A stretch of 64,000 bases of DNA from Nanobdellota archaeon (lineage in GTDB: Archaea; Nanobdellota; Nanobdellia; Pacearchaeales; GW2011-AR1), in NCBI GenBank assembly GCA_038045185.1, contig JBBSYO010000022.1, positions 164 through 64,163 on the forward strand, given 5' to 3'. The translations under genes and the position numbers were made by a program. Shown here in pieces: positions 58,779 to 64,000 of the stretch (its first letter is position 1; the number at the start of each line of letters is the position of its first letter). The notes below the pieces were generated by a model that worked only from the letters and a program-made list of their open reading frames with translations, ran no database searches and was not told the origin of the DNA.

Positions 58779-59533
58779 TTCTTTTGTTCTTCTATCTCCT
58801 GAAAGAGATACTCGTATAAGGATTCAGCTTCTTTGCTGTTTATTTTTCTCCTTGCTTTGAGCCCTGCCTTTGAGCGTTGATAAGCGCGATACGCTTCTTC
58901 AGAACCAGAGAGCTTTTTTATTAAGCTAAGCAAGCCGAAGGTTGTTGGCGTATGATTATTAATCAAGCAGTTTACTATGTAAGCTTCCCTTAATCTTAAA
59001 ACCAAAGAGTACCCTATGTTGTCGGATAGTTTCTCGTCTTTCTCTTTTGCGAGATTCATTGCTTCTCTGATTAATTTTAGCGCGGAAAGTGTTGTTTCTA
59101 TATGGCTTTTTAAATTATATTTAGTGAGAATTAATTTCTTATACCCTTCAAGCAATTCCTTATTTATTATAGGCAGTGCCTCTTTTAACATGGACAACAG
59201 TGGGAGGGCGTTTTCCTTAACCTGGCTTTCAACCTCGTCTTTTGAAATTAATATAATCTCATATTTGCCCTTTTTTATCTTTTTGTTTATGTTATCCGTA
59301 ATCCCAAGTATGTCGATATCGCTGGTGCTGGTTTGCTCTCCTCTTGCATAGCTGCCAACTAAGTAAAGTCCGATAATATGGGGCAAATAGGCATTTAATA
59401 TTTCTAAAGTATTCTGTCTAATGTTTTGGGGTTTCTTAACCAGCGTGACTCTGGCTTCTCCATTAAGCCAATCTTTAGGCACGAGCACGCCTGCTGAGTT
59501 GCCAACTCTAACAATAGGTTTAATCAGTTCCAT
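58757..59533 (-). CDS. AbrB/DUF2080-like N-terminus fused to minimal nucleotidyltransferase and helical domain
   Basis: VRVGNSAGVLVPKDW; LVGSYARGEQ...SDIDIL. Confidence 0.75.
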   Translation of the reverse strand: MELIKPIVRVGNSAGVLVPKDWLNGEARVTLVKKPQNIRQNTLEILNAYLPHIIGLYLVGSYARGEQTSTSDIDILGITDNINKKIKKGKYEIILISKDEVESQVKENALPLLSMLKEALPIINKELLEGYKKLILTKYNLKSHIETTLSALKLIREAMNLAKEKDEKLSDNIGYSLVLRLREAYIVNCLINNHTPTTFGLLSLIKKLSGSEEAYRAYQRSKAGLKARRKINSKEAESLYEYLFQEIEEQKKWIKRSG

Positions 59534-59562
59534 GTTATAACATTGTTATAACTTATATTTAA
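59532..59562 (-). promoter_or_regulatory. tandem GTTATAAC palindromes over start codon plus TATA box
   Basis: atgttataacat 59532-43 and tgttataac 59544-52; TTAAATATA upstream on minus strand. Confidence 0.55.
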
Positions 59563-59609
59563 GGCTTTGGGCAGTTTAGATGCGCATAGAAAATGACTCA
59601 GGGGGCGTA

Positions 59610-59680
59610 TGCGCGGTACGGGAATCGAACCCGTAACCGCGGATTGGAAATCCGCTATTTTGCCATTAAACTAACCGCGC
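59610..59680 (-). tRNA. tRNA-Gly(TCC)
   Basis: cloverleaf; anticodon arm gcgga-ttTCCaa-tccgc; GTTCGATTC T-loop; CCA not encoded. Confidence 0.95.
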
Positions 59681-59720
59681 TTGTTATTCTTATCAAGAAA
59701 GATGTTTTAAACCTTTTCAA

Positions 59721-59795
59721 CGCCCTCGGCAGGATTTGAACCTGCAACCTTTGGGTTAGGATCCCACTGCGCTATCCGGGTTGCGCCACGAGGGC
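59721..59795 (-). tRNA. tRNA-Arg(CCT)
   Basis: gccctcg/cgagggc acceptor; tggg-atCCTaa-ccca; GTTCAAATC. Confidence 0.9.
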
Positions 59796-59796
59796 A

Positions 59797-59881
59797 TGTG
59801 GGCGCTAGGATTCGAACCTAGGAAGGCACTAAGCACAGTAGCTCTTGAGGCTACCCCGTTTGACCGCTCCGGCACGCCCAC
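59797..59881 (-). tRNA. tRNA-Leu(CAA)
   Basis: gtagc-ctCAAga-gctac; long variable arm; GTTCGAATC. Confidence 0.95.
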
Positions 59882-59907
59882 ATCTCAATGAGAGATAGAA
59901 AGGCGTT

Positions 59908-61095
59908 TTAAAGGTTATTATGGATAGATGAGAAGATTTTATCTGCGACTTGTTCGGGCGAGAGATTCGAAGTGTCAATTACCAAGGTCGCGTCTTTTTT
60001 CTGCTCACGATAATCGAAACCGTACATCTTTTTCCAGTTTTCCGCCTCCTGCGATTCTCTTTTTGTTAATAACTCGCGCGCGGCTTCAGGAGAAATGCTG
60101 TCTCGCTGGGCTACACGCTGAACACGGGTGTCGAGATCGCCTGTGAGCCATATTTTAGGACGGGCTTGCGGTAGCATATGAAGGGAGAGTTTTCCGTCTA
60201 TAACGACATTTCCTTTTTGTGCATGACGACGTTGAACTTCGTCAATTATCTCATGCGTAACTGGATTTTTTCCAAACGAGGTCTCCCAAAGATTAACAGT
60301 TGCCTGCGAATCATTTGATGCAGTGTAATTTGGGATAGCAATATTGCGAGAGGCACATAGCTCGGCGAAGACAGGATAATATGGCTGGTCTTTGGCGATG
60401 CCTCTCCCTAAATCTTTGAAAATCCTGCCTGGGCTAAGATATTCGAGATTTAGTTTTTTTGCCAAAAGACGCGCGGTTGTTGTACTGCCTGAGCCAGGCA
60501 AGCCGGAAATTGCGATTACCAAAGGAGAGTGTTCATTTTGGGGACATTCTAATTGTTTTATAATTGCCTCGACTTCCTGCCCCGGGGTGAGCTGGGCTGT
60601 ATCAAGTATAATTTTATAGTGTTTTGTATTGCGATGGTCGTATCCGTAGATACGCTGCGCGCGCTCGACTTCCCACTTTTCTCGCTGCTCTAAATCGCGC
60701 TGTATTTCTTCATATGATTTCTCGGGGTGGGCGCGTCTCTGGCGTTCGACGCGGACTGCAAGAGGGGCAGTAACAAAAATGAGCAACGCGTTATTGAGAT
60801 TCTTACAATTTTCAACTGCGAATCGTGAATCTAATATGAGATGTCCTTCCTGCGCAACACTGCAGGCATTATTATTCAGGACGCGAATTTCGTCATCAGA
60901 AAGGTTGCCAAGGTAAGAAAGGAACTGCCCTGAAAATCTGTTCGCTTTGACAAGATCTGCGTGACGCTCACGCAACAACATCCCTGTAGAAATGAATTTC
61001 CACTTCCTTAGAAGCGATAGTTCCTTGAGGGAGTTCGCCAGCGTGGTTTTCCCACTTCCAGGCAGACCTGCTATTGCAATAACTGTATAACGCAT
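59908..61095 (-). CDS. cmk: cytidylate kinase-like protein with two tandem kinase domains (start moved to 61095)
   Basis: IAIAGLPGSGKTT and IAISGLPGSGSTT, each followed by R..R and RE..E....YG.D motifs. Confidence 0.8.
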   Translation of the reverse strand: MRYTVIAIAGLPGSGKTTLANSLKELSLLRKWKFISTGMLLRERHADLVKANRFSGQFLSYLGNLSDDEIRVLNNNACSVAQEGHLILDSRFAVENCKNLNNALLIFVTAPLAVRVERQRRAHPEKSYEEIQRDLEQREKWEVERAQRIYGYDHRNTKHYKIILDTAQLTPGQEVEAIIKQLECPQNEHSPLVIAISGLPGSGSTTTARLLAKKLNLEYLSPGRIFKDLGRGIAKDQPYYPVFAELCASRNIAIPNYTASNDSQATVNLWETSFGKNPVTHEIIDEVQRRHAQKGNVVIDGKLSLHMLPQARPKIWLTGDLDTRVQRVAQRDSISPEAARELLTKRESQEAENWKKMYGFDYREQKKDATLVIDTSNLSPEQVADKIFSSIHNNL

Positions 61096-61149
61096 GCTTG
61101 CTCGACAGAACATGGAAAGCTTTATAAGTACTATTGTAGGACAAAATAT

Positions 61150-61263
61150 GAAGACGGCCATAGTGATCAGGAAACACCTGTTCCCTTTCCGAACACAGCA
61201 GTTAAGCTGATCACGTCGGTCGCGGTAGTCTCCGAACAGAGGCGAAACACCGATGCTGTCTTC
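61150..61263 (+). rRNA. rrf: 5S rRNA (stand-alone)
   Basis: terminal helix gaagacggc/gctgtcttc; GGCCATAG, GAAACACC, TCCGAAC, AGTTAAG; TTTATAAG box at 61121. Confidence 0.93.
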
Positions 61264-61302
61264 GCCATATTCCTTTTTATAATCCAGTTTCTTCTTAATG
61301 TG

Positions 61303-61557
61303 ATGAATAAATTGTCAAAAACAACGGCACGAGAACGCGTCAATGCTTTCTTTGCTAAAGATGCAATCGATAGAGGGGACGTGCGCAAGATTAAACGTCT
61401 CGCTATGCAGTTCAACATTCGACTTGGAAAAAATCGTGCGCGCTTCTGCAATAAGTGTTATACTGATTTGAGAGCGAGTGCGACGAGAATAACTAAAACG
61501 CATAAGACGATAATTTGCGCGGCGTGCGGGTTTAGCAATAAAGTTAAAATTTCTTAG
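61303..61557 (+). CDS. rnp4: RNase P protein Rpp21
   Basis: ARERV, FCNKC...CAACG Zn ribbon. Confidence 0.8.
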   Translation: MNKLSKTTARERVNAFFAKDAIDRGDVRKIKRLAMQFNIRLGKNRARFCNKCYTDLRASATRITKTHKTIICAACGFSNKVKIS

Positions 61558-61564
61558 CAGAGCT

Positions 61565-61762
61565 TTACGATTTCTTGAACTTAGCAATTTTGGGCAGCAA
61601 CTCTGCGTTGCCCAAAAGGGCTGCTCGGCAGCAATATCTCTCCAGACCTAAATCATTAAGAACTTTTCCGGCTTCTTCGCCGTTAGCAACGCGCTGCTTG
61701 TAAGTCTCCCACAAGTGGGCGATTGGACGACCACATGAAAAACAACGGACAGGAATTATCAT
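61565..61762 (-). CDS. rpoN: RNA polymerase subunit N (Rpo10)
   Basis: MIIPVRCFSCG...LGLERYCCR. Confidence 0.96.
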   Translation of the reverse strand: MIIPVRCFSCGRPIAHLWETYKQRVANGEEAGKVLNDLGLERYCCRAALLGNAELLPKIAKFKKS

Positions 61763-61836
61763 AGTATCAAGCAAAATTGAGAGTTTTTAAATCTTCTTAT
61801 AGAAAACTTCTTAAATGGAGCATTGGCAGAGGTGGT

Positions 61837-62559
61837 ATGGATGGAAGCGAATTAATTGCGCTCAGAGGCGTAGCAAAATACTACGAAATGGGGGATAACG
61901 TAGTCAAAGCTTTAGATAACATTAACATAAAAATTGAGCAGGGAGATTTTGTTGCAATAATGGGTCCTTCTGGAAGCGGAAAATCAACTGCCATGAATCT
62001 TGTCGGCTCACTCGATATTCCAACTAAAGGAGAGATCAGACTCCACGACCGAAACATCTCGTACCTTAGTGAGTCGGAACTTGCTCAATTGAGAGGTAAA
62101 AAAGTCGGATTTATCTTTCAGAGCTTCAACCTCATTAATAATTTAACAGCGAAGGAAAATGTCATGCTTCCGATGCTTTTCCAAAACGTCTCAAGAGAAG
62201 AAAGAGAGAAAAAGGCTGAAGATATACTGCGTTTAGTCGAATTAGACGAAAGAATGGGCCACTATCCAAACCAGCTCTCTGGAGGGCAGCAGCAACGCGT
62301 TGCCATTGCAAGAGCGCTGGCAAATAACCCTGATATAATCCTCGCAGACGAACCGACAGGAAATTTAGACACGAAAACCGGCGCAAGAGTTCTAGATTTC
62401 CTTGAAAAGCTACATCAACAGGGAAAGACAATAATTATGGTTACTCACGACTCAACTCTTGCGCAAAGCCACGCGCGGAAGATTTATTGGCTTAGAGATG
62501 GCAAGGTTGAGAGAGTTACAAGGAAAGTTAAAGATAAATGGGTGGAAGTGAGGACGTAG
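61837..62559 (+). CDS. ABC transporter ATP-binding protein (LolD/MacB-like)
   Basis: [34 protein letters not shown]. Confidence 0.95.
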   Translation: MDGSELIALRGVAKYYEMGDNVVKALDNINIKIEQGDFVAIMGPSGSGKSTAMNLVGSLDIPTKGEIRLHDRNISYLSESELAQLRGKKVGFIFQSFNLINNLTAKENVMLPMLFQNVSREEREKKAEDILRLVELDERMGHYPNQLSGGQQQRVAIARALANNPDIILADEPTGNLDTKTGARVLDFLEKLHQQGKTIIMVTHDSTLAQSHARKIYWLRDGKVERVTRKVKDKWVEVRT

Positions 62560-62618
62560 TGTTTTAACTATTAAGTAACTACCGAAACGCTTTTAAACAC
62601 TCTATCTCTCAAGTTTTT

Positions 62619-63461
62619 ATGAATAAAATACTTGCCTTGCTGGCTTTAGCAGTTTTGAGTTTTCAGCTAGCTTCGGCAATGACAATCAATTCAGTTTCTG
62701 TAGACAACATCTCTCCAGGTACCGAAGGGGTAATTAGAATAGAAGTTGAAAATACGCTAAATGAACTCGCTAAAGACATTAATCTGAATCTCAACTTTCA
62801 AGGCTTGCCATTTATTCCGGTGGGAAGCTCTTCGGGCGGAGTTGATGAACTTAAAGAAGATGATGAAGAGAATTTTGCTTTTAGAATAAGAGCTTCAAAC
62901 GATGTCGCTCCGGGAGATTATCAAATTCCCTATGTGCTTACATTTAGAATAAACAGCGGACCTCAAACAAGAGAAGGTTCGATAGGAATTTCTGTAAATG
63001 CCCAGCCAGAATTATCATATTCCGCAGACATAGAAAATCCAATCGTGGGCAGGCAGAGCAAAATAAACCTCAAAATTGTCAATAAGGGACTGGCTGATGC
63101 GAGGTTTGTTTCGGTCAATCTCAATCCATCAGGGTTCACGCTCTTATCAGAAAAAGAAGTTTATATCGGAACTGTGGATTCAGATGACTTTGAAACTGCA
63201 ACTTTTGAGGTTATATTCACAAGCGAAAAGCCCAAACTAACAGCAACTGTTGAATATACAGACTTTGACAACAGCAAGAAATTAGATGAAGTTAATCTTC
63301 CTACCAAGGTTTACACGCAAGAAAAAGCAATTGAACTTGGGATTATACAAAGAAACAACTGGCCTATTTATATTGGGGTAATCGTAGCCTTGGTAATTCT
63401 TTGGCTAATTTGGAGAGCGGTTAGAAAAAGGCAAAGAATGAAAAAAAGCATGGAGCGTTAG
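62619..63461 (+). CDS. COG1361 S-layer-domain-like secreted, membrane-anchored protein
   Basis: signal peptide, Ig-like repeats (PGDY.I, N.G.ADA, YIG.VDSDD), C-terminal TM. Confidence 0.72.
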   Translation: MNKILALLALAVLSFQLASAMTINSVSVDNISPGTEGVIRIEVENTLNELAKDINLNLNFQGLPFIPVGSSSGGVDELKEDDEENFAFRIRASNDVAPGDYQIPYVLTFRINSGPQTREGSIGISVNAQPELSYSADIENPIVGRQSKINLKIVNKGLADARFVSVNLNPSGFTLLSEKEVYIGTVDSDDFETATFEVIFTSEKPKLTATVEYTDFDNSKKLDEVNLPTKVYTQEKAIELGIIQRNNWPIYIGVIVALVILWLIWRAVRKRQRMKKSMER

Positions 63462-63537
63462 CAGCTTATGAATTCAATCACTTTTTATTCAGATGAAAGG
63501 GGGCTCTAAAAAAGCTTAAATAGAATTTGCGTGTTAT

Positions 63538-64000
63538 ATGGTCAATAAAGATTTAGCACACGAACAATTAGCCGCTATTAAACTTTCAATTGAAATAGGT
63601 AGAACATTACAAACAGACCATCCAGAAATAGCAAATTCCTATCGTGTGGGTCGCACTTTATCTGAGATTGCTGAAGCATTAGATGTTCAATCAAAGTATA
63701 AAGTGACGAGGATGGTGGCAGAGAGCAGCGTTTTTCGGGCATTGACTGGTTACAATGGAGGATTTAATGGACGCGCTTATTGCGGACTTATTCAAGAAGA
63801 TGAAAGAAGAATCTTAGGAAGAGAACATCGTCAAAAATACTCTGATATTAGCTACAAAGAGTGTCTTGGAATTCATAAAATGACGCGCCAGCAACGCATA
63901 GAATCTGGTCGCAGTGGCGGACTTATTGCGGGTCCTAAAAATGTTAAAGAAAAAAAAGGAATTCACGGGTTAACTCCCGAACAAAAAAGAGAAGCGTGCT
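63538..64000 (+). CDS. hypothetical protein with GIH.(M/L)T..Q repeats (partial, runs off window)
   Basis: open frame from ATG 63538; HTH-like TLSEIAEAL; GIHKMTRQQR and GIHGLTPEQK. Confidence 0.65.
   Translation, partial: MVNKDLAHEQLAAIKLSIEIGRTLQTDHPEIANSYRVGRTLSEIAEALDVQSKYKVTRMVAESSVFRALTGYNGGFNGRAYCGLIQEDERRILGREHRQKYSDISYKECLGIHKMTRQQRIESGRSGGLIAGPKNVKEKKGIHGLTPEQKREAC

Noticed and set aside
61167..61451. 94-aa minus-strand ORF
   Set aside because: Antisense to 5S rRNA and rnp4.
1..64000. Diversity-generating retroelement, prophage or autonomous transposon
   Set aside because: No reverse transcriptase, TR/VR pair, capsid, integrase or transposase ORF recognised.

Overview
Archaeal genome segment, most likely a small-genome DPANN archaeon (Pacearchaeota/Woesearchaeota-like; inferred from gene content and compactness). 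1-14.8 kb: ribosomal protein superoperon (L3 to L15, secY, DUF106, prefoldin alpha), interrupted by an orphan ORF (L14/L24) and a toxin-antitoxin cassette (L15/secY). 15.9-56 kb: a mosaic N-glycosylation/surface-glycan island (GPT/AglH, Alg14- and Alg13-like pair, AglB, flippases, GT2/GT-C enzymes, rml genes, gmd, a His-type 3-dehydratase, two sugar C-methyltransferases, several O-methyltransferases). 56-64 kb: secF/secD, an MNT module, three tRNAs, a tandem-domain cytidylate kinase, a stand-alone 5S rRNA, Rpp21, RpoN and an ABC ATPase. The most unusual signal is non-coding: intergenic gaps of the glycan island hold arrays of several hairpin families, including a TCA..TGA double-hairpin unit with covarying stems that sits nested inside IS200/IS605-end-like TAAA/TTTA-loop hairpins at the same register, with filled and empty hosts both visible and no transposase in the window. 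All family calls are from motif recognition by eye; no searches were run.
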